Assembly (NCBI GenBank): GCA_963705305.1 | Contig: OY970067.1 | Span: 5,440,001 to 5,504,000, forward strand | Reading direction: 5' to 3' | From: an uncultured Methylomirabilota bacterium | GTDB lineage: Bacteria; Methylomirabilota; Methylomirabilia; Methylomirabilales; 2-02-FULL-66-22 | Length of the DNA: 64,000 bases | Shown here: positions 1 to 9,115 of the stretch, piece after piece | Position numbering within the stretch: position 1 is the stretch's first letter | Layout: each line of letters begins with the position of its first letter | Made by a program: the position numbers and the translations under genes | Notes under the pieces: model-generated | The model's database searches: none | What the model was told of the DNA's origin: nothing | What the model saw: the letters and a program-made list of their open reading frames with translations, nothing else

Positions 1-301
1 CTACGCGCGCCAGGTGGATCTCGAAAAGGTCCCGGTCGGGGTCGGGCTCTTGGCAGCGGGGATCCTTCGGCTCGCCGTAGTACGCCGGCGCCACGTCCTC
101 CCCGCCGCTGAACAGCAATCCGTCCACCGCGCCCAGAATATCGGACAGCACCGCCGGATCGTCATCCGTGATGGGCAGGATGACCGGAAGGCCGCTCGCC
201 GCCCGGACGGCTCCCGTGTACGTATCCCGGATCGCTTCCCAGCGCTCCAGGCCGTCTTTATCGTTCCGGTGCCAGGAAGTGACGCCGATGCGCGGTCGCA
301 T
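1..301 (-). CDS. gamma-glutamyl-gamma-aminobutyrate hydrolase family (peptidase C26) glutamine amidotransferase, partial (runs off window)
   Basis: Manual translation from ATG at 301: MRPRIGVTSW...GLPVILP...VDGLLFSGGEDVAPAYYGE...RDLFEIHLAR, typical C26 N-terminus. Confidence 0.8.
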   Translation of the reverse strand, partial: MRPRIGVTSWHRNDKDGLERWEAIRDTYTGAVRAASGLPVILPITDDDPAVLSDILGAVDGLLFSGGEDVAPAYYGEPKDPRCQEPDPDRDLFEIHLARV

Positions 302-435
302 GGTTTCCCTCGAAAGAACGCTCCGCTTGGCGACGGTTCAGAATGCCGGCAATCCGGAGGCCCTTGAACGGCCGAACGGTCGAGCGTGCGCGATATTCAC
401 CCCTGCTCTGTCCCAGAAGCCGCACATCGGCCGCA

Positions 436-2592
436 TCAGACAGGAGGCAGAGGCGGCTGGGCCGCCTCACCGGCCGCCGCGCGCCGCTCCTGGTCGGCCA
501 TGACCTGTAGGAACGCCTCTACGACCTTGGGGTCGAACGTCCGGCCGCTGCGCTCCAGGACGTACTCGATCACCTGCGGGTGGTCCATCCCCTGACGATA
601 CGGGCGGTCGGAGCTCATCGCATCGACCACGTCGGCCACGCTGAAAATGCGGGCCCCCAGATCGATGGCCTCACCCTTCAGCCCGTCGGGATACCCGGCC
701 CCGTCAAAGGCCTCGTGGTGCTGCAGCACAATGGGCAGCGCCTCGGCAAAGGCGGCAATGGGCTCCAGGATCCGCACTCCTATCCGGGTGTGGTCGCGCA
801 TGATCCGGGCCTCATCCTCGGTCAGTTTCCCGGGCTTGTCCAGAATTTCCGGAGAGATCCCGATCTTGCCGATGTCGTGGAGCAGCCCTCCGCGACGCAG
901 CACCTCCAGTTCCTTGATGCCCAGGCCCATGGCCAGGCCGATCTCCAGGGCCAGGTTGGTCACCCGCTCGGAATGACCCGCCGTCCAGGGGGATTTGGCG
1001 TCAATGGTCCGGGCCAGGGCGGTGAGGGTGCCCCAATTGAGCCGCTCCAGCTCGTCCAGCAGCCGGGCGTTGGACAGCCCAACCGCCACCTGATCGGCCA
1101 GCTGCCGGGCATGGGCCAGGTCGTCTTGATCGGGGGTCCGGATATTGAGGTAGCCGAGGATGATCACCGCGGAGATTCGCTGTTCCACAGCCACGGGCAG
1201 GATGGCGCAGGACTGGATGCCCCGGCGCGCATAGGCTAGAAGATAGCTGGGCATCTCCGGCTCTCCCTGAACCACGGTGCAAGGATGGGTGCGCAGGAAC
1301 GCCACATCCCCCGATTTCAGCAGGACCGGCTCCTCCCCCATTGCGCCCGCGGCGCCGCCGCTCCCAGAATAGAGCGTGGCCGCCCCGATCTCGGCCCGGG
1401 CGGGAAGCAGCACGCCGACCTGGTCGCAGGGACAGACGTCCTGCATCCGCGCCAGGATTGTCTCCACGATCTGCCTCACATCGAAAGAGGATAGTACTGC
1501 CTGCGTGATTCCTGTCAGAGCGGCCTGGGCGTGAAACTGCCGCCCCAGGCGCGAGGCCATGGTGTTGAAGGAGGTCGCCAGCTCTTCGAACTCGTCCCCG
1601 CTGTCGACGCTCACCCGGCTGTCGAAATCCCGTGTGGCGATCCGCCGTGTGCCCTCCTGCAATCTTTCCAGAGGGACGAGGCTGCGCCGGATCTGCCTGA
1701 TGCTCAGCAGGGTCACCACCAGAAAGGAGAGGATCACGAGGGGAAGAAAGAGGGCTCTGAAGTAGGCCAGAGGCGCCAGAACGTTTGCCCTCGACTCGCT
1801 GAGCACCACCGTCCACGAGGCCCCGGCGAACCTGGCCGGCATGAAGATCTGCCACGCGCTGGCCATGTAACGCTCTTCGCCATCCCTCCACTCGAACTGC
1901 ACCGCTTTCGAGCGGCTCCTCGTCTGGATGCCCCGCGTTAGTTCGGCAGGAGGAATCGGAATCGTGCACAGCAGAACAAGGTCCGAGGATTGGAGGACGC
2001 ACAGCTCGGTCAGGGGAGGTATCGGATTGTCTTCTCCCCCCCACAAGTAGTTGGAATTGACCTCTCCCAGCAGGATGGTTTCGCCGGTGCCGGCAGGATC
2101 GAGGGTCCTGGCCATGAAGACACGCGTCGGCTCTGGCGGGCGGGCCCGGGTGAATATGGCCGTTCTGCCCGAGCGGAGTTCGCGCCGCTCTTCGGGGGTG
2201 AGGTCCACAGGAGGCCGGATTTGACCCAGGAGGGGATCCGCCGCTCCCGTCCCATCCATCAGGGCCAGGCCGACGAACTGTTGGAGCATATGCTCCTCGA
2301 AGACATGGCCTGCGCGGGCTGTCCGTCCTCGCCGGCCCGGCGCCACGGTCTCCCCGAGGCCCTCCATCTGCGTCTCGAGGAACAGCAGCCGCTCGTGGAT
2401 GGCCATGCCCACTACCTTGCCAGCCTGGTGGAGCTGTTCCCGGGCCTGGTCCTGGAGCTGTCGCGTCACGCTGCCGTAGGACAGGACGGCCAGCGCCGTG
2501 ATGGGAAGAAGGGCGCAGCCTATAAACAGGAGGAAGATCCGCCGGGCCACCTTGCTGCGCAGAAACGCGGCATCGATCCTCACGAGGCGCAC
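436..2592 (-). CDS. Membrane HAMP/GAF/HD-GYP cyclic di-GMP phosphodiesterase
   Basis: 718 aa; two TM segments, HAMP (DEFEELATSFNTM), HDIGK and HHEAFDGAGYP motifs. Confidence 0.9.
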   Translation of the reverse strand: MRLVRIDAAFLRSKVARRIFLLFIGCALLPITALAVLSYGSVTRQLQDQAREQLHQAGKVVGMAIHERLLFLETQMEGLGETVAPGRRGRTARAGHVFEEHMLQQFVGLALMDGTGAADPLLGQIRPPVDLTPEERRELRSGRTAIFTRARPPEPTRVFMARTLDPAGTGETILLGEVNSNYLWGGEDNPIPPLTELCVLQSSDLVLLCTIPIPPAELTRGIQTRSRSKAVQFEWRDGEERYMASAWQIFMPARFAGASWTVVLSESRANVLAPLAYFRALFLPLVILSFLVVTLLSIRQIRRSLVPLERLQEGTRRIATRDFDSRVSVDSGDEFEELATSFNTMASRLGRQFHAQAALTGITQAVLSSFDVRQIVETILARMQDVCPCDQVGVLLPARAEIGAATLYSGSGGAAGAMGEEPVLLKSGDVAFLRTHPCTVVQGEPEMPSYLLAYARRGIQSCAILPVAVEQRISAVIILGYLNIRTPDQDDLAHARQLADQVAVGLSNARLLDELERLNWGTLTALARTIDAKSPWTAGHSERVTNLALEIGLAMGLGIKELEVLRRGGLLHDIGKIGISPEILDKPGKLTEDEARIMRDHTRIGVRILEPIAAFAEALPIVLQHHEAFDGAGYPDGLKGEAIDLGARIFSVADVVDAMSSDRPYRQGMDHPQVIEYVLERSGRTFDPKVVEAFLQVMADQERRAAAGEAAQPPLPPV

Positions 2593-2632
2593 CCTCTCCG
2601 AAAAACCACAGGCCAGACCAGCTGTGGCCGTT

Positions 2633-4238
2633 TTAGGCGGTCGCCCGCCGCAGGATCTGCCCGGGCCGGGCCCCGGTGTGCTGCCCGCCCTCCACGGCCG
2701 CGACGCCGTTCACCAGAACCATCTCTATGCCGGCGGGGTACCGGATCGGCTCTTCGTACGTGGCGGTATCGTTCACGCGATCGGGATCGAACAGAACCAC
2801 GTCGGCCTTGCAGCCCGGCCGCAGCCGGCCGCGATCGGCGATCCCCAGCCGGCGGCAGGGATCGGAGGTCATCTTGCGGATGGCGGTGGGAAGATCGAAC
2901 AGTCGCTCGTCGCGGGCGTACCGGCCCAGGATCCTGGCAAAGCTCCCGAAGGTGCGGGGGTGCGGGCGTCCCGTGGAGAGCGGCCCGTAGTGGGCCCGGC
3001 AGCCGGAATCGGAGCCGATCATCACGTAGGGCTTTTGCAGGATCAGCCGCAGGTTGTCTTCGCTCATGACGAAGTAGATGGCGTCCACCTCGGTCTTCTC
3101 GGCATGCAGGAGATCCAGGACGAACTCCAGCGTCTCCTGGCCGGCCAGGCGCGCCGCCGCGTCCACGCGGAGCCCCTGGTAGCGGCGATGCTGCGGCAGT
3201 GTGACCTCGGAGATCATCACCTGGCTCCACGCCCGTCCCTGCGGCCGGTCGCCGATCGCCTCCCGAATCCGGGCGCGCGCGTCTGGGTCCGCCAGGCGGG
3301 CGGTCTGCTCGGCCTTGTCTCCCTCCAGAACCCAGCGCGGCAGCATCGCCTGCAGTCCCGTGTTCGATGCCGTGTAGGGATAGCGATCGGCCGTCACGTC
3401 CACGCCGCGGCGCCGGGCCCCTTCGATCAGATCGAAGGCCCGCTGCAGCTTCCCCCAGTTTCCTTCGCCGGCGGTCTTGAGATGCGAGAATCTCGAGCGG
3501 AGCGTGCGCCGTCTCGGCGGCGGCGATGACCTCCCGGATCGCTTCCAGCAGGCCGTCCTCCTCGCTCCGCATATGGGTGGTCAGGAGGCCCCCTTTTCGC
3601 GCTGCGACAGCGGCCAGCGTCGCCAGCTCGCCGGGCGGCGAGAAACAGGCCGGCGAGTAGATCAGACCCGTCGACAGGCCCAGCGCCCCCTCGTCCATCC
3701 CCCGCTCCAGCGCCCCGATCATGGCCTCCAGCTCTGCCGGGGTGGCGGTCCGATCCGCCCCGCCCATGGCCGACCCGCGCAGGGTGTTGTGGCCGACCAG
3801 CAGGCCGAAGTTGATCGAGATGCCGGAATCCAGGAGGCGCCGGAAGTACTCCCCCACCTCGTGCCAGCCGTGGTCCAGGCCGTACACTTCGCGGACGATC
3901 CTGGACCGGTCCTCCCACCAGGGCCCCCAGATGGGGGCGGCCGCGTACCCGCAGTTTCCCCCGACCTCGCTGGTCACCCCTTGGAGGACGGCGCTCTCGG
4001 CCGTGGGGGTCAGGAGCAGGTGGTAATCGGAGTGGCCGTGGATGTCCACAAAGCCAGGGCAGGCCGCCAGCCCCTGCGCCTGGATGATCCGGCGGGCGGT
4101 CGCCCCTTCGGCCTCCTTGCCCACGGCCAGAATGCGATCCCCGTCGATGGCGATGTCGCCGGCCAGCGGGGGAGTCCCGCTGCCGTCGAAGATGGCGGCC
4201 CCGCGAATCAGGATATCCAGCTTGCCGGAGTGGCTCAC
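2633..4238 (-). CDS. N-acyl-D-amino-acid deacylase (D-aminoacylase), one frameshift near 3490
   Basis: N-terminal PGFVDIHGHSD and GNCG in ORF 2580..4238; C-terminal GSDSG, HPRTFGSF and ADVVLFD in ORF 2633..3403; removing one base restores PLEISHLK. Confidence 0.85.
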
Positions 4239-4428
4239 GGTCTATGGGTAGCGCTCAACACAACCGGCAACGAACACCGCGCAACCGGTCGGTGGTCGGA
4301 GCGACCGGTTCTCGGTTGTCGGCTGCCGGTTTTTTCTGCCGAAGGAGGATTCTGATCTACCTGTTATCGGTTTCGTGCCTCGGTTTTCCGTTGTCAGTTT
4401 TACATTGTCAGTTCCCAATCCCCTAACC

Positions 4429-5106
4429 TCACGGCTTGGGAATGAGCAGAACCTGCCCTACCTGCAACTTGAGATCGTTGCCGATGAAGTCCCGATTGGC
4501 TTCATAGATCCTCGTCCATTCGTCGGCATTCCCATAGATGTCCGGTCGCGCGGCAATCTTCGGCAGCGTGTCCCTGCGCTTGACCACGTAATGCGAGAAC
4601 GAGGTCAGGGGTGGTGGGGCCTGAGCGGCCGCAGCCTGCTGCTGAAGCCGGTACACTTCCTGCTCTGTTCGGACGGCCCGGTTCTCGGCCTGCGACGCCT
4701 GGACCTGGGCCGCGTGCGCCGCCTCGCCGGCTGCGGCCGCGCTGGATGCCGCACGGGAGGCTTCCTGCCGGGCCGCCTCGGCCACGCCCTGGGTCTTCTC
4801 CAAATCCGCCCGCTGCCTGGCGGTGACCGCCGCCGAAATGGCCGCCGCCTCTGCCAGGGTCGCCCGATGGCCCGCCCGCACGAGGCTCACAACGTTCCCG
4901 GCGGCGAGGAGCGCCTCACTCTGTTTGAGGTTCTGCTCGGCCTGCTGGAACTCTTCGGGGGCGCGCGTTGGGGCGCCCGCGGCGCGCGCAGCTTCCACCG
5001 CGTTCCTGGCCTCGTCAACCCGCTCGGACACCAGCGGCGCGCACGCCGCCAGGGCCAGAATGACCAGGCTGAGGACGCTCAGGATGCGAAATTCTGGTGT
5101 GCGCAT
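4429..5106 (-). CDS. Lipoprotein with Ala-rich coiled region and C-terminal LysM domain
   Basis: Lipobox LAAC; YVVKRRDTLPKIA...WTRIYEAN...LQVGQVLLIP LysM pattern. Confidence 0.85.
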   Translation of the reverse strand: MRTPEFRILSVLSLVILALAACAPLVSERVDEARNAVEAARAAGAPTRAPEEFQQAEQNLKQSEALLAAGNVVSLVRAGHRATLAEAAAISAAVTARQRADLEKTQGVAEAARQEASRAASSAAAAGEAAHAAQVQASQAENRAVRTEQEVYRLQQQAAAAQAPPPLTSFSHYVVKRRDTLPKIAARPDIYGNADEWTRIYEANRDFIGNDLKLQVGQVLLIPKP

Positions 5107-5172
5107 GATGACCCTCCTTCCCCGGCAAATCGGCCCTCGGCCGTCTGATTGCAGGCCGCCGGATTCATTCTC

Positions 5173-6402
5173 CTATCCGATGTCCAGGCCTCGGAAGCTG
5201 CGACCGGGCACGATGCACCCCAGCACGCGGCGGCCGGCCGCCCCGGTCACAGCCGGAAGATTGCCTGCCCGGCCGGCGGCTGTCAAGTAGGCCAGCACCG
5301 CAAACGCCACTGCCTCGATGGCGCGGGCGGGGCAGCCCGCTTCTTCGCCCGGAACGATCCCGCAGCCCGGCAGGGATCGGGCCAGCTCCCGCATGAGATA
5401 CCCATTCCTGGCCCCCCCGCCCACGACCACCACCTCGCCGACCGCCGTCGCGGGAAAAACAAACGCCATGAGGTTCTCGGCCACCGAGGCGACCGTGAAG
5501 GCCGCCAGCGTCGCCAGGCCGTCCCGCGGCTCCCGGCCGGCGGCCGCGACACGGGCCCGGACCTCCGCCGCCAGTGCCGGCCCGAAGGCCTCGCGGCCGG
5601 TGGACTTGGGAGGCGGCCGGCGGATGAACGGGTGCCGGAGGAGGTCCTCTAGCAGCCGCGCGTCCACCCGGCCGCTCTCCGCCAGGCGTCCATCCTCGTC
5701 ATAGCCCGCTTCCGACAGGCGGGCCGCCCGCACGAACTCATCCAGCAGGACGTTTCCCGGTCCGGTGTCGAACCCGGTCACTTCGGCCGCGGCGGCCCCG
5801 GCGGGAAGGATCGTGACGTTGGCGATGCCGCCCAGGTTGAGGATCACGCGCCCGCGATCCGGGCGCCCGAACAGCAGGTGGTGCGCCAGCGGCGTCAGCG
5901 GAGCCCCCTCGCCGCCGGCGGCGAGGTCGCGCGGGCGAAAGTCCGCGATGGTCGTGATGCCCGTGCGCTCTGCGATCACCGCTGGCTGGCCGATCTGGAG
6001 GGTGGACCGCACGGCGTGGCGCCCCTCCTGCCGCGGAGCCGGCAGATGGTGGATCGTCTGGCCGTGCGATCCGATCAGGTCCACGCTCTCCAGCGGCAGA
6101 CCGGCCGTACGCGCGATGCCGATGGCGGCCTCGGCGAACAGCTCGCCCAGATAGGCGTTCAGGTGGCAGACCTCCTCCGTGGCGCCCGCGGTCGCCGCGG
6201 CCAGGATGCGCTCCCGCAGGCCCGCCGGAAACGGTGTCGTCTCGAACGCGAGAACGCGGATGGCGGGCCGGTCCCCGACGGGCTCCACCTCGACCAGCGC
6301 CGCATCCACGCCGTCGGCCGAGGTGCCGGACATCAGGCCGATGACCGTGAGGGCGTGAGAGCCGCGGGACGGTCTCGCCGGATCCGTACGCTGACCGATC
6401 AC
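5173..6402 (-). CDS. anmK: Anhydro-N-acetylmuramic acid kinase
   Basis: GLMSGTSADGVD, IGSHGQT, GGEGAPL, NLGGIAN, FDTGPGN, PPKSTGRE motifs. Confidence 0.95.
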   Translation of the reverse strand: MIGQRTDPARPSRGSHALTVIGLMSGTSADGVDAALVEVEPVGDRPAIRVLAFETTPFPAGLRERILAAATAGATEEVCHLNAYLGELFAEAAIGIARTAGLPLESVDLIGSHGQTIHHLPAPRQEGRHAVRSTLQIGQPAVIAERTGITTIADFRPRDLAAGGEGAPLTPLAHHLLFGRPDRGRVILNLGGIANVTILPAGAAAAEVTGFDTGPGNVLLDEFVRAARLSEAGYDEDGRLAESGRVDARLLEDLLRHPFIRRPPPKSTGREAFGPALAAEVRARVAAAGREPRDGLATLAAFTVASVAENLMAFVFPATAVGEVVVVGGGARNGYLMRELARSLPGCGIVPGEEAGCPARAIEAVAFAVLAYLTAAGRAGNLPAVTGAAGRRVLGCIVPGRSFRGLDIG

Positions 6403-6805
6403 AACAGACCTCCCCGGGAATTTCGACGAGCCCGTTCAGGATAAGCCGCCGCCCCACGCGGCGGGGGGGAATCACGCGGCACACCATACCATGCGGCCGC
6501 TGATCCGGACAAGCGCCGGAACGGCCGAGCGCAGCGGTGCGCGTTTCCCCGTTTCTCCGTCTCCCGTCTCCCCCTCGCCCCAGCGTTTTTTCGCCTCTGC
6601 GTTCTCTTCCTCGTCTCCCGTCTCCGGTCCCCCGTCTCCCGTAACGTGCGGGTTGCCTGGAACTCCCGATGATCTTGCCGGCGGACGGTCGCGGATGTTT
6701 ACCACGCACCCGGTTGTGGGTATGGTAGGATCGGTGCTGCCGGACTGCGCGACATTGCTAAGTGTTCGATTGCGCAGATTCTATCATTATCCATCGACCG
6801 CATAA

Positions 6806-7007
6806 CTCCCGGCCCCTCGGGCCGACCCGAGACGCTGCGCCCGCGGGTTAGCCGGGTCCGGTCGCCGCGGCCTCATAGGAATCAGGTGGCTTATAGATAG
6901 GCGCTCCGCGGCGCGACGTGCCCCCTTGGGGCAGCGGCGCCGGAGCAAGGCTGACCGGTTGTCGACGAGGCGCTAGGCGTCCGAGGGACGGTCCGGGGGG
7001 CCGGGAG
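6806..7007 (+). repeat. ~200-nt structured intergenic element, copy 1 (candidate ncRNA or non-autonomous element)
   Basis: 19-bp closing stem 6806-6824/6989-7007; core CGGGTCCGGTCGCCGCGG and GGGGCAGCG.CGCCGGAGCAAG shared with copy at 8504-8711. Confidence 0.7.
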
Positions 7008-7086
7008 ATACCACCATAATCCCGGCCAACTCGCGAACTATTGGGGATTGGTGACTGGTCGCCGACCGCTGACCGGAGGAGCCGGC

Positions 7087-7614
7087 ATGCTGGACCATGA
7101 CAGGTACTACTTCACCTACGCCGACATCCACGAAACCATGCGCCGGCTGGCCGAGCAGCTGGAGCAGTCTTCCTTCACGCCGGATGTGATCGTGGCCATC
7201 GGCACCGGCGGCTTCATCCCCGCCCGGATCCTGCGGACCTACATCAAGAAGCCTATTCTCACCGTCGGGCTGGCCTACTACGACGCCGACAACAAGCCCA
7301 CCGGGATCCCCCAGAAAGTGCAGTGGATCGACGAGGTCCAGCAGAAACTGGAGGGGAAGCGCGTCCTCCTCGTGGACGAGGTGGACGACAGCCGCGCAAC
7401 CCTCGAATACTGCCTGCGAGAGCTGCTGGCCAGCCGGCCGCTGGAGGTCGCGGTCATGGTTCTCCACAACAAGCGCAAGCCCAAGCGGGGAAGCCTCCCG
7501 CCGGAGATCCGCCACTACTGGGCCGGCGAAGAGCTGGAGGACCACTGGATCTGCTATCCCTGGGACGCCATCGACATCGCGGCCCACGAGGCCTGGTCCC
7601 GGGGCGAGCGGTAG
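7087..7614 (+). CDS. Type I phosphoribosyltransferase (xanthine/hypoxanthine PRT-like)
   Basis: AIGTGGFIPARIL, VLLVDEVDDSRATL PRPP motif, WICYPWD; GGAGG RBS. Confidence 0.9.
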   Translation: MLDHDRYYFTYADIHETMRRLAEQLEQSSFTPDVIVAIGTGGFIPARILRTYIKKPILTVGLAYYDADNKPTGIPQKVQWIDEVQQKLEGKRVLLVDEVDDSRATLEYCLRELLASRPLEVAVMVLHNKRKPKRGSLPPEIRHYWAGEELEDHWICYPWDAIDIAAHEAWSRGER

Positions 7615-7700
7615 CGCGCTCGTTCTCCGATTTCACCCTTTCGAATCATCTACTTGCAAATTTCCAGTTCTTTTTCTCTCCCATCCGGCGAAGTTTCCAT

Positions 7701-7729
7701 TTTACAACCAAACATATGTTTGGTATTTG
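7701..7729 (+). promoter_or_regulatory. sigma70-like promoter with perfect 18-bp palindromic operator ACCAAACATATGTTTGGT (7707-7724)
   Basis: TTTACA-17 nt-TATTTG; the palindrome fills the spacer; near-identical site upstream of polB2. Confidence 0.7.
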
Positions 7730-7735
7730 TGCTCC

Positions 7736-8491
7736 ATGGCCTGGGTGGGTGCCGTCACCGAAGAGAGAGGTCGTGGTCTCCTGGGCGCCGTGAGCTCTCT
7801 GGCGGAAGGGACCTCGCCGGAACTGGCGAGAGACCGCAAAGGGGTGCGGGCGGGTCTGTCCCTGCTGGCCGGTCCCCCGTTCATCCTGGATTTGGGCACT
7901 ACCCTGGCCGGCCGGGCCGCCCTTGGCGGCCTTATGGTCCTGTACGTGGACGGGGCCAACGCCTTCGACCCCTATATCCTCTCGCGCCTCGCTCGGGAGG
8001 CCGGCCAGCCTCCCGAGCCACTGCTGCGGCGCCTGCACCTCTCCAGGGCCTTCACCTGCCACCAGCTCGAGACCCTCATCGTGGAGCGCCTGCCCGCGGC
8101 CATCCTGCACTACCGCCCGGGCCTGGTGGTGATCTCTGGCTGGAGCCACCTGTTTCACGACGAGAACGTTCCCACGCGCGAGGCGCTCCGCCTGCTCCAG
8201 AACACCGCGCGACGGATCCGGTCGCTCGCCGAGGCCGGCCAGCCGATCCTGGCCACCCATCCCGACGAGCCGGCCACGCCGCGGCTTCAGCCCCTCGGCG
8301 AGATTCTGGCCCGCGCCGCCGACGGCGTCCTTCGTCTGCGCGAGGAGGACGGCCTGATCCTGGCCGTCCAGGAAAAGCCGCCGGACCCGGACGCCCGCTC
8401 GCTGGTCCTTTCGCCGGAAGACTGCCGGCTGTGGATCCACGGCCGCCATTACCAGGAATTGCCGGCGGCGTACCCATGGTCGGGGCGGTGA
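7736..8491 (+). CDS. Inactivated RadA/RecA-like ATPase-fold protein (iRadA/ImuA-like, PolB2-associated)
   Basis: VLYVDGANAFDPY and LHLSRAFTCHQL motifs; no intact Walker A. Confidence 0.75.
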   Translation: MAWVGAVTEERGRGLLGAVSSLAEGTSPELARDRKGVRAGLSLLAGPPFILDLGTTLAGRAALGGLMVLYVDGANAFDPYILSRLAREAGQPPEPLLRRLHLSRAFTCHQLETLIVERLPAAILHYRPGLVVISGWSHLFHDENVPTREALRLLQNTARRIRSLAEAGQPILATHPDEPATPRLQPLGEILARAADGVLRLREEDGLILAVQEKPPDPDARSLVLSPEDCRLWIHGRHYQELPAAYPWSGR

Positions 8492-8503
8492 GGGACGAGC
8501 TTT

Positions 8504-8711
8504 CCGCAATGCCCCCGGGGTCGCCCTGACACGCTGGCCCCGCGGGGACGGTCGGGTCCGGTCGCCGCGGAGACTAAGGTCCCGACGTGATTCCCAGCAT
8601 TGCCCCACGGCGCGGCGTGCCCCATCCCCTCGGGGCAGCGCCGCCGGAGCAAGACCGTCCCGGCAACGTCGGAGGCCAGCAGTAGGAAGGGCGGCCCCGG
8701 GGGCATTGCGG
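8504..8711 (+). repeat. ~200-nt structured intergenic element, copy 2
   Basis: 24-bp closing stem 8504-8527/8688-8711; same core and fold as 6806-7007. Confidence 0.7.
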
Positions 8712-8740
8712 TTGTCCTTGGAAGTGATGAAGGAAAAGTC

Positions 8741-9094
8741 ATGGGACGTACCGTCGCGCCGTTCAGCCAGGTCCTGGAGGCCGAGTTCGAGAGCTGGAGC
8801 AAGTTCCGCCGCGCCCTGCGCCGGGAGGACCAGGAGGCCTTCGACCGGCTCTTTGCCGCCGCCAAGTACCACGTGGCCGCCATGGTCTACGCCTCGCGCC
8901 TGACCCCTCTGGAGGCCATCCTCATGGGCATCCTGGTGGAGCACCAGAAGACCATCGGCCGGCTTGCGACCCGGGTCCGGGATCTGGAGGCGGCGGTCCG
9001 GCCCCCGCTTGTGCTGACCACGCCGGATGGGCAGCTGTCAGCGGTCAGTGGTCAGCAGTCAGCCCGTGAACATCCTCCGGTCGTTGATGGCTGA
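8741..9094 (+). CDS. Small helical PolB2-associated protein (arCOG07300-like, MGRT family)
   Basis: MGRTVAPFSQVLEAEFESWSKFRRALRREDQEAFDRLF...PLEAILMGILVEHQK; AGGA RBS. Confidence 0.75.
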   Translation: MGRTVAPFSQVLEAEFESWSKFRRALRREDQEAFDRLFAAAKYHVAAMVYASRLTPLEAILMGILVEHQKTIGRLATRVRDLEAAVRPPLVLTTPDGQLSAVSGQQSAREHPPVVDG

Positions 9095-9110
9095 TAGCTG
9101 AAGGCTGAAC
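9037..9110. repeat. Inverted pair of heptamer tandem arrays (GTCAGYN x4 / GYTGAWN x4)
   Basis: gtcagcg gtcagtg gtcagca gtcagcc ... gttgatg gctgata gctgaag gctgaac. Confidence 0.7.
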
Positions 9111-9115
9111 GCCCC

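Noticed and set aside
6806..7007. Calling the structured repeat 6S RNA, SRP RNA or a hammerhead ribozyme
   Set aside because: No unpaired central bubble, no CAGG..GGAAGGAAGCAG SRP motif, no CUGANGA/GAAA core.
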